A stretch of 64,000 bases of DNA from Acidimicrobiia bacterium (GCA_041609995.1 JBFIPU010000001.1:8305-72304); one strand, 5' to 3'; positions 18,628-29,310 are shown, numbered from the stretch's first letter. A program made the numbers and translations. The notes: generated by a model from the letters alone, not told the origin.

Positions 18628-19428
18628 TCAGGGAATCAACGCCATCTGACGAGCGAACATCTCCTGCACCTCGTCGGCGATCCCCGACGGCACGGCCGCC
18701 AGCGCCGGATACCGGGGATCGGGCCGGTTGAACATCGGCGTCGAACCGTCCGGGAGGAACACGACCCCCCCGGCCGCATGAACCAACGCCGTTCCGGCTG
18801 CCACGTCCCACTCGTTTTTCGGCACCGGCGTCCAGGTCGCATCGGCCAAACCGGCCGCCACCAGAGACATCTTGTACGCGACCGAACCCATCGGCCGGCA
18901 CTCGATGCCGGCGTCCGTGAAAAGATCCCATTCCCCCCGCCGCACCTCGCTGCGACTGCAGAGTACCTCGATGCCTTGCACCGACTCCAGGGGGCGTACG
19001 CCGGCCGGCCGGCCGTTGACCAGCACTCCCGTCTCCAACGATCCGATGACTGTGGTCCCCATAGAGGGATTTGCGACTCCGCCCGCCACCGGCACCCCGT
19101 CCTCGACCAGGCCGATCGAAATGCAGAATTCGGGTATACCCTCGATGAACTCACGAGTCCCGTCGACCGGGTCCACGACCCATACCCGCTCGGCCTCCAG
19201 GCGTTCCCAATGATCGGCGGTTTCCTCCGACAGCCACCCTTCGCCGGGTGACGGCAGAATCTCGCGGATCAACTCGTCCACCGTGTGGTCGGCCTCGGTC
19301 ACCGGGTCACCTCCCTGCTTGTAGGCCGAGGCGATCCGGCCCGGGGTGAACATGCTCAGCACCTTGGTGGCCTCATGCAGGGCGAGTTCGATGCGTTCGA
19401 GGTCGGAAGCGCGACTCATGGCCATCAA
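18628..19428 (-). CDS. inositol monophosphatase family / CysQ-like 3'(2'),5'-bisphosphate nucleotidase
   Basis: PVTEAD, LSEE, WVVDPVDGTREF, EWDVAAG motifs. Confidence 0.88.
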   Translation of the reverse strand: MMAMSRASDLERIELALHEATKVLSMFTPGRIASAYKQGGDPVTEADHTVDELIREILPSPGEGWLSEETADHWERLEAERVWVVDPVDGTREFIEGIPEFCISIGLVEDGVPVAGGVANPSMGTTVIGSLETGVLVNGRPAGVRPLESVQGIEVLCSRSEVRRGEWDLFTDAGIECRPMGSVAYKMSLVAAGLADATWTPVPKNEWDVAAGTALVHAAGGVVFLPDGSTPMFNRPDPRYPALAAVPSGIADEVQEMFARQMALIP

Positions 19429-19437
19429 CGTAATGGG

Positions 19438-20817
19438 TCAGCGGGGGCGGCGCGCCGCGGCCAACAGGTTTCTGTAGAGGTCCACGTACTCATGAGCCGC
19501 CCGATCCCAGCTCCAGTCTCCGGACATGGCACGCAAGGCCATCTTCTCCCAGAGAGCCGGGTGGCTGCGAACCAACCGCATCGCACGCCGGACCGTCTTG
19601 GCGAGCACGGGGGGCTCATACGTTCGGAACACCAGGCCGTTGCCCTCAGCCGGGTCTTCGTCGACGTCCGTCACGGTATCGGCCAGCCCACCGGTGAAGC
19701 GCACGACCGGCGGGCACCCGTACCTCATCGCATAGAGGTTCCCGAGCCCGCCCGGCTCGAACTTGGAGGGCATGAGGTAGGCATCGGCACCGGCCCACGT
19801 GAGCCGGGCCAGCTTGTCATCGAACGGAAGGTGGGCGACCGCAGTCGGATGTCGGATGACCCACCCGTCGACCAGGTCATCCTGATCACCATTCCCGACA
19901 ACGAGCAGCCTCATGCCGTCCTCGATGAGGTCCTCCAACACCGGCGCGACCAGATCGAACCCCTTCTGTCCCGTCACCCGCCCGACCGTTCCGAAGATGA
20001 CACCGGAGGGATCCAACCCGGTGGCCGAAGCCAGCGCCCGCCGATTTTCGCTTCGGCGCGACCACGTGTCCCGGTCATATGAGAGCGGGAGGGTCTCATC
20101 AGTTGCCGGATCGAAGGCCTGCACGTCGATCCCGTTCATGATTCCGATCGGCGGGTTCTTCAGGGCCCGGATGACACCGTCGAGCCCACCGGTCACCGAA
20201 GGATCCTGCGCCATCTGGCGGGCAAAGCCGGGGCTGACCGTCGTCACCTGATCGGCGAAGATGATGCCTGCCTTCATGTAATTGGCGTCTCCGAACCACT
20301 CCACCTCGCCCATCGGGGCAAGCACCGCCGCAGGAAGATCGAGCAGTTCCCCCACCTCGTCCAGTGGACCCAGGATGGGATAGGCGGCGTTGTGGATGGT
20401 GAAGACGGTCGGAAGCTCGAGAAGAGTTGCAGCCAAGCCCGTGTGGGCGTCATGCAGATTCACGACGTCATAATCGCCGGAGTCGGCCAGATCGATGATG
20501 GTGCCGGCAAACCGAGCCCAGCGGCGCCAATCATCTTCAAAACTCAGTCCCGGGCGGGGACCGTAGATGCCGTCCCGATCGAACGACTCGGGGTCGTCCA
20601 CCAGCAGCAGCTCCACCCCTTCCTCGACGGTCCGGTAGACGTTCTGGACCCCCCGCAGCTTCTTCCCCTCACCCAGTAGTGGTCGATACCGGGGCAGCAC
20701 CACCGTCACGGCTGCCCCCTGCTTGGTGAGTGCCCGGGCCAAACCGGCGATGGCGTCACCCAGCCCGCCGGACCGCGCCAGCGGTGAGTACTCAGCCGAA
20801 GCAAAGAGGATGCGCAT
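19438..20817 (-). CDS. glgA: glycogen synthase (GT5)
   Basis: AEYSPLARSGGLGD, TIHNAAY, TTVSP, QKGFD, MPSKFEPGGL, TGGLADTV motifs. Confidence 0.9.
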   Translation of the reverse strand: MRILFASAEYSPLARSGGLGDAIAGLARALTKQGAAVTVVLPRYRPLLGEGKKLRGVQNVYRTVEEGVELLLVDDPESFDRDGIYGPRPGLSFEDDWRRWARFAGTIIDLADSGDYDVVNLHDAHTGLAATLLELPTVFTIHNAAYPILGPLDEVGELLDLPAAVLAPMGEVEWFGDANYMKAGIIFADQVTTVSPGFARQMAQDPSVTGGLDGVIRALKNPPIGIMNGIDVQAFDPATDETLPLSYDRDTWSRRSENRRALASATGLDPSGVIFGTVGRVTGQKGFDLVAPVLEDLIEDGMRLLVVGNGDQDDLVDGWVIRHPTAVAHLPFDDKLARLTWAGADAYLMPSKFEPGGLGNLYAMRYGCPPVVRFTGGLADTVTDVDEDPAEGNGLVFRTYEPPVLAKTVRRAMRLVRSHPALWEKMALRAMSGDWSWDRAAHEYVDLYRNLLAAARRPR

Positions 20818-20859
20818 CAGTGCAACGGTACCCCCGGTCGGCCCCGGTGTACGGCAGCC

Positions 20860-21630
20860 TCATCCGTGCGCTTTGAGCCACTCCTGCCAGGTGATGGCGC
20901 CAAGGTCGGCTTCGGGGTTCACGTTCGCCCCTGCCACGTACGCCTTGAGAGCTCCGCCGAGAGCAGGCACGCCCAGCAATCTGATCGTCTTTCTATGGTG
21001 GTCGGCCCAAGCCTCGGCCATCTCACCCACCGTCAACACATTGGGCCCGGCAAAATCGTCCACCCGGCCCGCCGGTTGCGATTCGGTCAGTTCGACGAGG
21101 CGGTCGGCGACCTCACCTTCGTCCACCGGCTGCACGAGCCACCCCTTCACGACCGGGGCGATCCCAAACCGGAGCAGTCTGGTGAATGCGAAGTTCATCA
21201 ACGCGTGAAACTGGGTCGCCCGCAAGATGGTGTGTGCGAGCCCGGATTCGATGATGCGTTGCTCGGCGGCCGCTTTGGCCCGGTAGTACGGCAGCGGATG
21301 ATCGTCGATGCCGACGATCGACGGGTAGATGAGGTGGGGCGGTGACGCCATGTGCTGGAGGTGCTCGATCAGGAGCTCCGTGCCCCCGACGTCAGTGGCC
21401 TTCGTTCGCCAAAACGCGCTCGACGCTCCGTGGATGACCAGTTCCGAACCCTCGGTGGCGGCCGTAACGCCCGCCCCGCTGATCAGGTCACCATGGGCGA
21501 TGGCCACATCCTCGGCCAGCTTGGGACGGTCCTGGCGGGTGAATACCGTCACCTCGTGCCCAGCGGCCACGAGCCTCGGCACGAGGACCGCGCCCAGGAA
21601 CCCGGTGCCACCCGTGACGAGAACGTTCAT
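20860..21630 (-). CDS. NAD(P)H-binding SDR / NmrA-like oxidoreductase
   Basis: VLVTGGTGFLG, YYRAK, ILRATQFH motifs. Confidence 0.88.
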   Translation of the reverse strand: MNVLVTGGTGFLGAVLVPRLVAAGHEVTVFTRQDRPKLAEDVAIAHGDLISGAGVTAATEGSELVIHGASSAFWRTKATDVGGTELLIEHLQHMASPPHLIYPSIVGIDDHPLPYYRAKAAAEQRIIESGLAHTILRATQFHALMNFAFTRLLRFGIAPVVKGWLVQPVDEGEVADRLVELTESQPAGRVDDFAGPNVLTVGEMAEAWADHHRKTIRLLGVPALGGALKAYVAGANVNPEADLGAITWQEWLKAHG

Positions 21631-21662
21631 GTCTGCAGGCTACGCAGTTTCTGCAAAGCCCG

Positions 21663-22085
21663 TCAGAGAAAGTCGTTGAGCCGCTCGAGGGCGGTCGGCA
21701 TCGCCCGCTCGATCGAGGCGGTCACGACCGGGAGGAGGAGGTGGGCCATGAAACCATGGGCTTCCAGCTGTCCACTCACCTCGACCCGGGTCTCTGATCC
21801 GACTTCGTGAAGGGAGGCAGTGGTCAGAGCAATGATCTCCCCGCCGTCGACCACCATCGCCATGAGGTTCGGTTTCACGGATTCGGCCACTCTCGTCTCG
21901 CCCCGCACCAGGCGGGGACCGATCTTGGAGCGCCATTGGATGGCGGCGAGTTCGTCACCGTTCATCTGCACCCCCACCACCTCGTCCACGCCGGTCAATG
22001 CCGTCCACGTGTCGGGTTCTTGCAGGGCGGACCAGACCCTCAGGCGCGGCGCGTCATAGTGCTCGACGAAATAAAGAGAATGCAT
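21663..22085 (-). CDS. SRPBCC / CoxG-like protein
   Basis: APRLRVWSALQEP...ETRVEVSG...LERLNDFL fits the SRPBCC fold. Start MHSLYF; the ORF-track upstream extension overlaps another gene. Confidence 0.65.
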   Translation of the reverse strand: MHSLYFVEHYDAPRLRVWSALQEPDTWTALTGVDEVVGVQMNGDELAAIQWRSKIGPRLVRGETRVAESVKPNLMAMVVDGGEIIALTTASLHEVGSETRVEVSGQLEAHGFMAHLLLPVVTASIERAMPTALERLNDFL

Positions 22086-22120
22086 GGCAACGCCAGCGTA
22101 GCGACGATAGATGCCGGGGC

Positions 22121-22447
22121 TTAACCGAACGGATCGGCGGGGGGTGCCGACGGAGGAGCGGCGACGGCGTTGCTCTCGGCGGGCGCCTGGGCCGGTGCCT
22201 GCTCCGCTGCGGCAGTTTGAGCAGCCGGCTCGGGTTTGCGGGCCGGGCGGGTCTTCATGCCATCGGGACCGGCCGGGCGATCGGCGGCGGCCGGAGCCGG
22301 TGCCGTGTCGGCTTTGGCGAGCACCACCCGCTCGGTCTGGATGAACTGGATCACCTCTTCCCAGTCCCGGGCCATGGCGCATTTGCCGCAATACACGGCT
22401 TCGCCCCGGCGAACGACGGCCTTGGCATCACAACGCGAACAATTCAC
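22121..22447 (-). CDS. small hypothetical protein with N-terminal CxxC...CxxC zinc ribbon and low-complexity tail
   Basis: MNCSRCDAKAVVRRGEAVYCGKCA; GGAG RBS; Ala/Pro-rich C-terminus. Confidence 0.6.
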   Translation of the reverse strand: MNCSRCDAKAVVRRGEAVYCGKCAMARDWEEVIQFIQTERVVLAKADTAPAPAAADRPAGPDGMKTRPARKPEPAAQTAAAEQAPAQAPAESNAVAAPPSAPPADPFG

Positions 22448-22536
22448 TCTGTCACTCCGTTTCAGAAGTTCCTCGGCGCAGATATCGGCCGGTAGAGGCG
22501 GCGACTTGAGGGCCGGTATCCGTTTCGGAGACGTGT

Positions 22537-24723
22537 TCAGTCGTTGAGTGAGCGTTCGGCCAGCAACATCGCGATGTCCTTCACCACGACGTTATCCGCC
22601 CCCAGCTCCTTGACGCCGTCATCCATCATCACGTAGCAGAACGGGCAGGCCACCGCCACCTCATCGGCCCCGGTCGCCAGCGCCTCTTCGGAGCGTTCGA
22701 TGTTGACCTTCTTGCCGGTTTGTTCCTCCATCCAGAACCGCCCACCTCCGGCGCCGCAGCACAGGCCTCTGGTGCCGTTGCGGGGCATCTCAACCAGATT
22801 GGCGATCGAGCCGATGACCTCCCGCGGCGCCTCGTATACGTCGTTGTGGCGGCCCAGGTAGCAGGAATCGTGGTAGGTGATGGTCTTGCTCTCGGCGCTT
22901 CCCTTTGGCACGATCCGGCCCGTCTGGACCAGGTCCATCAGGAGCTCGCTGTGGTGGATCACGTCGTAGTCGCCGCCGAACTGCGGGTATTCGTTGCCGA
23001 TGGTATTGAAGCAATGGGGACACTGGGTGACGACCTTCTTGACACCGAGGTCGTTGAGCGTCTCGATGTTCTGCAGGGCCATCTGTTGAAACACGAACTC
23101 GTTGCCGGTGCGCCGGGCAGGATCGCCGGTGCAGAACTCGCGGGGCCCGAGAATGGCAAACTCGACACCAGCCTCGTGGAGCAGCTTGGCGGTCGAGATC
23201 GTCACCTTGCGATTGCGGTCGTCGAACGAGCCGGCGCATCCCACCCAGTACAGATACTCGGCGGTGTCGGTGTCCTGGCCCAGGATCGGCACCGGGAAAT
23301 CGAGGTCCTTCGTCCAATCGGCCCGCTGAGCCTGGCCCATGCCGTACGGGTTGTTGCTGTTCTCGATGCTGACGTAGGCCTTGCCGAGCTCGGACGGGAA
23401 ATCCGATTCCATCAGCGCCAGGTAGCGGCGCATATCGAGAATCTTGTCGAGAATCTCGATCCCGACCGGGCAGGCCTCGTCGCACGCCCGGCAAGAGGTA
23501 CACGCCCACACCTCTTCCGCCGTGACGCGCTCGAACACCGAGGCAGCATCGATCTCGATCCCTTCGTCCATAGCCACCGGGGGAGACAGCGCGTAGCCGG
23601 CGGTCTGGGTGGCGACCTCGCCGAGCTTGAGGACGATCTCCCTGGGGTCGAGCGGCTTGCCGGTGATGTTGGCGGGGCAGACCTCGGTACACCGGCCGCA
23701 CATCGTGCAGGCGTCGGTGTCGAAGAGCTGTTTCCACGTGAAATCGGCGACGGCCGCAGCCCCCACGGTCTCGATGTCCTCGGCTTCCATGAGGTTGGGC
23801 ATCGCCTTCATGGCCCCTTTGGGGCGATCCTCCTGCGGGCTCAGGAAGAGGTTGGCCGGCGAGGTGACCATGTGCCGGAGCTTGGTGGTCGGCAGCGCCA
23901 CCAGGAATGTGACGAACAATCCGGCGTGCGCCACCCACAGCCACTGATGAGCGGTGGCGGCGATCGACTCGGGAACCAGGAAGCTGAGCGGGTAGCCGAC
24001 GAATGAGAAGACCTCGAAATCAGGCCGTCCGGCCACGGTGATGCGGGCAGCTTCCACCAGTAAGCCCGAGACCCCGATGGCCGCCAGCAGCGTCAGCGTC
24101 CACAGATCGTCGGACTTGGTCTTCTGCCGAAGGCGCCACGGTCGCTGCACGTAGCGTCGGAACGCAGCCCAGGCCAGGCCCGCCAGGAACATGAGGGCGG
24201 CGGCGTCGAGAATGGCCGAATAGCCCTGGTAGACCCCGCCGGTGAGGAACTTCCAATCGGCCGGCATCAAATGGTCGATTTCGAGTGTGACCGTCCCGGC
24301 GAACAGCAAGAGGAAGCCGTAGTAGATCATGGCGTGCATCACGCCTGCCACCCGATCCCGGAGGAGGGTTTGCATCCGGAGGCCCTCGTCCAGCTTCTTC
24401 AGCCGCCGTCCGAGAAGACCGGTCCGTCGCTCCCCCGCCCCCCGCTGCCAGTTCTTGGCCCGGAGGGCGAAGAGATAGAACATGATGCCCAGGAACGCAC
24501 CCGTGCCGACGTAGAACAGGGCCTGGAGCGACCCGGGGATGTTGACGAACACGTCCCGGCGCACCTCGGCATCGGCGTGACCGGGAAACGTGCCGATCCA
24601 TCCCGCCAGCGGTATGCCGATCACCGAGAGCGCAGCGAGGGCGTAAAAGACGTTGCTTGCACTCAGGCGCCGCGGCTTGTCGGCTGAGTCCTCGCCGGCC
24701 TCTTCCCGTTCCTCGGTGAGCAT
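22537..24723 (-). CDS. membrane-bound (Fe-S)-binding oxidoreductase (FadF/HdrD-like; NarI-like TM region, 2x4Fe-4S, CCG domains)
   Basis: CTMCGRCTEVCP, CTSCRACDEACP, WVGC, CPHC, HDSCYLGR, CCGAGG, ACPFC motifs. Confidence 0.92.
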   Translation of the reverse strand: MLTEEREEAGEDSADKPRRLSASNVFYALAALSVIGIPLAGWIGTFPGHADAEVRRDVFVNIPGSLQALFYVGTGAFLGIMFYLFALRAKNWQRGAGERRTGLLGRRLKKLDEGLRMQTLLRDRVAGVMHAMIYYGFLLLFAGTVTLEIDHLMPADWKFLTGGVYQGYSAILDAAALMFLAGLAWAAFRRYVQRPWRLRQKTKSDDLWTLTLLAAIGVSGLLVEAARITVAGRPDFEVFSFVGYPLSFLVPESIAATAHQWLWVAHAGLFVTFLVALPTTKLRHMVTSPANLFLSPQEDRPKGAMKAMPNLMEAEDIETVGAAAVADFTWKQLFDTDACTMCGRCTEVCPANITGKPLDPREIVLKLGEVATQTAGYALSPPVAMDEGIEIDAASVFERVTAEEVWACTSCRACDEACPVGIEILDKILDMRRYLALMESDFPSELGKAYVSIENSNNPYGMGQAQRADWTKDLDFPVPILGQDTDTAEYLYWVGCAGSFDDRNRKVTISTAKLLHEAGVEFAILGPREFCTGDPARRTGNEFVFQQMALQNIETLNDLGVKKVVTQCPHCFNTIGNEYPQFGGDYDVIHHSELLMDLVQTGRIVPKGSAESKTITYHDSCYLGRHNDVYEAPREVIGSIANLVEMPRNGTRGLCCGAGGGRFWMEEQTGKKVNIERSEEALATGADEVAVACPFCYVMMDDGVKELGADNVVVKDIAMLLAERSLND

Positions 24724-24774
24724 TTTCTGATACTAGACCCGGCTCGGGCCCTGCCCTCCCACGTACGATGACCC

Positions 24775-25485
24775 ATGCACTCCACGCTCACGTTCGACTG
24801 CTACGGAACGTTGATCGACTGGGAGTCCGGCATCTGGGACGCACTGCAACCACTGCTCACCTGGAACCAGGAGGAATCGGTGCATCGGGCCATGGCCCTG
24901 GCCGGGTTCGCCGCAGAGGAGAGCCGGCTGCAGGCGGCTGAGCCAGAACGGCCGTATCCGCTGGTCCTCGAAGCGGTACACGCCCGTATCGCAGCGCGGT
25001 TCGGACTTCGTACAACCTCTGAGCTGGACCGTGCGTTCGGCGCCTCGGTCGGCCACTGGCCGGCGTTCCCGGACTCGGCCGACGCCCTCCGTCGCCTCAA
25101 GCGGCAGTTCCAACTCGTGATTCTGTCCAATGTCGACCGGGCCGGTTTTGCCGAATCCCAACGCAAGCTGGGCGTTTCCTTCGACGCCGTCTACACGGCC
25201 GAGGACATCGGGTCGTACAAGCCGTCAGACCGCAACTTCGAGTACCTGCTCGAACACGTACGCGCCGATCTGGGGGTGGGCCCCGACCAGATTCTGCATG
25301 TCGCCCAGAGCTTGTTCCACGACCACGTACCGGCCATGCGCCATGGATTGGCGACGGTTTGGATCGACCGCCAGGGACTGTCCATGGGTGGCGAGTGGGG
25401 AGCCACGGCGCCCGTCGAACAACTACCCGAGGTCGCCGCCATCTACTCGAGCATGGCCGAGTTGGCGGCCGCCCTCGACCAGTGA
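24775..25485 (+). CDS. HAD family hydrolase (haloacid dehalogenase type II-like)
   Basis: TFDCYGTLIDWE, ILSN, YKP, HVAQSLFHDH motifs. Confidence 0.92.
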   Translation: MHSTLTFDCYGTLIDWESGIWDALQPLLTWNQEESVHRAMALAGFAAEESRLQAAEPERPYPLVLEAVHARIAARFGLRTTSELDRAFGASVGHWPAFPDSADALRRLKRQFQLVILSNVDRAGFAESQRKLGVSFDAVYTAEDIGSYKPSDRNFEYLLEHVRADLGVGPDQILHVAQSLFHDHVPAMRHGLATVWIDRQGLSMGGEWGATAPVEQLPEVAAIYSSMAELAAALDQ

Positions 25486-25581
25486 GGGGGGAACTGCCGG
25501 CGTCGACCTCGACCTCCATTGGCCGCCCGCATCACGGCGTACCCCACCGCTAGGGTGCCGGCAGTTGATTCGAAGGCGCGT

Positions 25582-27996
25582 GTGAAGTCCCAGTATCGAG
25601 TTGTGATCGTCGGTGGCGGTGTCGTGGGAGCCAGCGTCGCCTACCACCTGGCCAAATTCGGATGGCCGGACGTGGCGATCCTCGAACGGAGTGTGCTCAC
25701 CGCCGGCTCGAGCTGGCACGCGGCCGGCGGGGTCCATGCACTGAACGCCGATCCCAACATGGCGGCCCTCCAGGCCTATACCATCGATCTCCTGTCCGAG
25801 GTCTCAGAGGAGTCGGGCCTGGACATCGGCATGCACATGACCGGGGGCATCTCGGTGGCCTCCGCTCCCGAGCGGTGGGAGTGGCTGCAGTCGGCATATC
25901 GGATCTTCCAGACCATGGGGATCGAGGATGTTCGGCTCGTCGAGCCAGACGAGATCCGGCAACACTGCCCAATCATGCAGGTGGAAGATGTCCTCGGGGG
26001 CCTGTGGGCCGACCGGGAGGGCTACATCGACCCCTCGGCCGTCGTCCACGCTTACGCCGGCGCGGCACGCAAACGGGGCGCCGACGTGATCGAACACAAT
26101 CGGGTCATCGAGCTCGTCCCTCGTCAGGATGGAACCTGGGACGTCGTCACCGAGCACGGGACCATCCACGCCGAGCACGTGGTCAACGCCGCCGGGCTGT
26201 GGGCCAAGCAGGTCGGCCGCATGGTGGGCGTCGAGTTGCCGGTTGCGCCGATGGCGCATCACTACCTCATCACCGAGGCGATCCCCGAGCTCGAAGCGCT
26301 GGGGCAGGAGATACCCATGATGATCGACCTCGAGGGGTTCACCTACACCCGCCAGGAGCTGCACGGCGTTCTCGTCGGAATCTACGAGATCAACTATCAG
26401 CATTGGCAGATGGAAGGAGCACCGTGGGATTACGGCATCGAATTGCTGACCCCTGACGTCGACCGGATTGCCCCAGAGGTGGCCATGGCGATGCACCGGT
26501 ATCCGGTGCTCGAGGAAATCGGCATCAAGCAATGGGTGAACGGAGCTTTCACGTTCTCCCCTGACGGCAACCCGCTGGTCGGCCCGGTTCCCGGGCTCCA
26601 CAACTACTGGTCGGCCTGCGCCGTCATGGCCGGCTTCCTGCAGGGGGGCGGCGTCGGCAAGTCCTTGGCCGAGTGGATGATCGAGGGCGAGCCCGAAGAG
26701 GACCCGTACGCCATGGACATCGCCCGCTTCGGCCCCTACGCCGAGAACCAGGAATACATCCGTCAGATGACCGGTCAGTTCTACTCCCGTCGATTCGTCA
26801 TGACCTACCCCAACGAGCAGCTCTGGGCGGGGCGCCCGCTGAGGATGGCGCCCGCTTACGATGCGATGTCCGCCGGTGGCGCTTACTGGGGCGAGTCGTG
26901 GGGACTGGAGGTCCCCATCTATTTCGGTCCCGAAGGTTTCGAAGAGATTCCCACGCTGCGGCGCTCAAACGCCTTCGACATCGTCGGGGAGGAATGCCGT
27001 CAGGTCCGCAACGGTGTCGGCATCCTGGACATCACGGGCTTCTCCCGTTACGAAGTCACCGGGCCCAACGCCGAGGCCTGGCTCGACCACCTCCTCGCCG
27101 CCAAGCTGCCCGCCCCCGGCCGAATCCGACTGGCCCCGATGCTGGGCCCCGACGGACGGCTGAAAGGCGATCTCACTCTTCTCAACTGGGGAGACGGCAC
27201 TTACTGGCTCATGGGGTCGTACTACTTGCGGGCCTGGCACATGCGCTGGTTCGGCGACTACGTGGCGGACGGCGTGTCGGTGCGGGACATCTCTGATGCC
27301 GTCGTCGGCTTCTCCCTCTCGGGTCCCAAATCGAGGGAGCTGCTGGCCAGGGTGACCCCCGCTGACGTCTCGCAGGAGGCGGTGGGGTTCATGACATGCC
27401 ATGAGATGGACGTCGGCATGATCCGGGCCCGGGTGGGAAGAATCTCGGTGAGCGGCGAGCTCGGCTATGAGATCCATTGCTCGGCGTCCGAACACATTGC
27501 ACTGCGACGCTTGCTGCTCGAGGCCGGCGAAGACCTGGGCGCCGTCGAGTACGGCTACAACGCGCTGCTGTCCCTGCGGATGGAGAAGAGTTTTGGAATC
27601 TGGTCGACCGAGTTCCGCCAGCAATACACCGCGGGCATGACCGGAATGGATCGCTGGATCGACTGGAGCAAGAACGACTTCGTGGGCGCAGAAGCCGCCC
27701 GGCGCGAGCGGGAAACCGATAGCGCCAGCCACAAACTGGTCACTCTCGAGATCGACGCCACCGATGCCGACGCCTCCGGTTACGAGCCGGTCTGGTACGG
27801 AGATCAACGGGTGGGGTTCATCACGTCGGGCGACTATGGGCACACCGTGGACAAGAGCCTCGCCATGGCGATGCTCGACCGCGATCACCTGGCAGAAGGC
27901 ACCGAGCTGATCACCCACGTCGTGGGTGTGGCCCGGCCGGCACGCGTCATCGCGCCTTCCCCATATGATCCCACCGGCTCCGCCATGCGGGCCTAG
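25582..27996 (+). CDS. GcvT-family FAD-dependent oxidoreductase (dimethylglycine/sarcosine dehydrogenase-like)
   Basis: MKSQYRVVIVGGGVVG Rossmann motif, GSSWHAAG, GELGYEIH, SLRMEK and a C-terminal GcvT barrel. Start GTG 25582. Confidence 0.93.
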   Translation: MKSQYRVVIVGGGVVGASVAYHLAKFGWPDVAILERSVLTAGSSWHAAGGVHALNADPNMAALQAYTIDLLSEVSEESGLDIGMHMTGGISVASAPERWEWLQSAYRIFQTMGIEDVRLVEPDEIRQHCPIMQVEDVLGGLWADREGYIDPSAVVHAYAGAARKRGADVIEHNRVIELVPRQDGTWDVVTEHGTIHAEHVVNAAGLWAKQVGRMVGVELPVAPMAHHYLITEAIPELEALGQEIPMMIDLEGFTYTRQELHGVLVGIYEINYQHWQMEGAPWDYGIELLTPDVDRIAPEVAMAMHRYPVLEEIGIKQWVNGAFTFSPDGNPLVGPVPGLHNYWSACAVMAGFLQGGGVGKSLAEWMIEGEPEEDPYAMDIARFGPYAENQEYIRQMTGQFYSRRFVMTYPNEQLWAGRPLRMAPAYDAMSAGGAYWGESWGLEVPIYFGPEGFEEIPTLRRSNAFDIVGEECRQVRNGVGILDITGFSRYEVTGPNAEAWLDHLLAAKLPAPGRIRLAPMLGPDGRLKGDLTLLNWGDGTYWLMGSYYLRAWHMRWFGDYVADGVSVRDISDAVVGFSLSGPKSRELLARVTPADVSQEAVGFMTCHEMDVGMIRARVGRISVSGELGYEIHCSASEHIALRRLLLEAGEDLGAVEYGYNALLSLRMEKSFGIWSTEFRQQYTAGMTGMDRWIDWSKNDFVGAEAARRERETDSASHKLVTLEIDATDADASGYEPVWYGDQRVGFITSGDYGHTVDKSLAMAMLDRDHLAEGTELITHVVGVARPARVIAPSPYDPTGSAMRA

Positions 27997-27998
27997 TT

Positions 27999-28844
27999 GT
28001 GCGGTATTCATTCAAAACCGGCCTCGATGGGGCCTCCTGGCATGAGATCGAGGACGTCTGGAGGGTGGCCGAGGATCTCGACGTGTTCGAGGCCGGATGG
28101 GTCAACGATCACCTGCAGGGCCTCGCCGACCAGCGCTCACCGTCGTTCGAGCCGTTCGCGGCGCTGGCCGCCCTGGCCGCCCGGACCGAGCGACTCCGGC
28201 TCGGGGTGTTGGTGGCGGCCGTCTCGTTTCGGAATCCGGCGATCATCGCGAAACAGGTCACCACCATCGATCACTTGTCCGGCGGTCGGTTCGAACTCGG
28301 CATCGGCGCCGGATGGCTCGACCGCGAGCACACCGATTACGGACTGGATTTCCTGCCTCTCCGCGAACGCATGAACCGCTTCGAAGAGGCCGCCGCTGTG
28401 ATCCGAGCCCTTCTCCGGCAGGAAACCGTCACCTTTGTCGGGGACCACTTCCACTACAACGACGCCCCGCTGGAGCCAAAGCCGGTCCAGGCGGCGCTCC
28501 CGATCGTGATCGGGGGGCCGGGAGAGAAGCGCACCATCCCCATCGCCGCCCGCCACGCCGACCACTACAACTTCACCGTCCAGAAGTTCAAAGAAGACAC
28601 CCCCGAGCTGTTCATGCACAAGATCGACGTGCTGGAACACGCCATCGCCGAAGCCGGCCGAGAGTCGTCCGATCTGGAACGTTCTGTTCAGATCATCGTC
28701 AACCGGACTGCCGGGATGGCCGTCGACCTCGGTCAGGAGTTCATCGCCGCCGGTGCCGACCACATCATCTTCTTCCTCCGCCCACCCATGGACCCCGGCC
28801 TGGTCGAAGAACTGGCGGCCGAACTCGACTCCGTCAGTCGCTGA
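27999..28844 (+). CDS. LLM class (probably F420-dependent) oxidoreductase
   Basis: WVNDHL, RLRLGVLV, RNPA, DHLSGGRFELGIGAGW, PKP, IGGPGEKRT motifs. Confidence 0.9.
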   Translation: MRYSFKTGLDGASWHEIEDVWRVAEDLDVFEAGWVNDHLQGLADQRSPSFEPFAALAALAARTERLRLGVLVAAVSFRNPAIIAKQVTTIDHLSGGRFELGIGAGWLDREHTDYGLDFLPLRERMNRFEEAAAVIRALLRQETVTFVGDHFHYNDAPLEPKPVQAALPIVIGGPGEKRTIPIAARHADHYNFTVQKFKEDTPELFMHKIDVLEHAIAEAGRESSDLERSVQIIVNRTAGMAVDLGQEFIAAGADHIIFFLRPPMDPGLVEELAAELDSVSR

Positions 28845-29256
28845 CCTCGTCGCGGCCCATCTGACGCAACGCGACCCGGATGCGGCCGGCGGCCGCGGCC
28901 AGGTCGTCGGCAGACGCCGAGGTGTCCGCATTGGCGAAGTCGAGGTCGTGGACGGCGTTGACGTTCGAGACGTGCACATGGACGTGCGGCACCTCCAGCC
29001 CGGCGATCATGAGACCCACCTTGACCGGCTCGTAAGCCCGTTGCAGGGCCCGGCCGATTGTCTGGGCCACCGCCATCACGTGCGACAACTCTTCGGGGGT
29101 GAGGTCGAGCCAGTGGTCCACCTCCCGGCGAGGCACCACCAGGGTGTGGCCGGGCGACAAGGGTGCGATGGAGAGGAACGCCACACATACGTCATCCCTC
29201 CAGACGAAGGTCCCGGGGATCTCGCCCTCGATGATCTTGGTGAACAAGGTGGCCAT
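28834..29256 (-). CDS. HIT family protein
   Basis: MATLFTKIIEGEIPG, GHTLVVP, VPHVHVH histidine triad. Leaderless TACGAT-7nt-ATG. Confidence 0.93.
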   Translation of the reverse strand: MATLFTKIIEGEIPGTFVWRDDVCVAFLSIAPLSPGHTLVVPRREVDHWLDLTPEELSHVMAVAQTIGRALQRAYEPVKVGLMIAGLEVPHVHVHVSNVNAVHDLDFANADTSASADDLAAAAGRIRVALRQMGRDEVSD

Positions 29257-29310
29257 CGCCCGGATCGTACCGTCCGGTGGCCAGTTGTGGGCACCGCTAC
29301 AATCGTGCAC

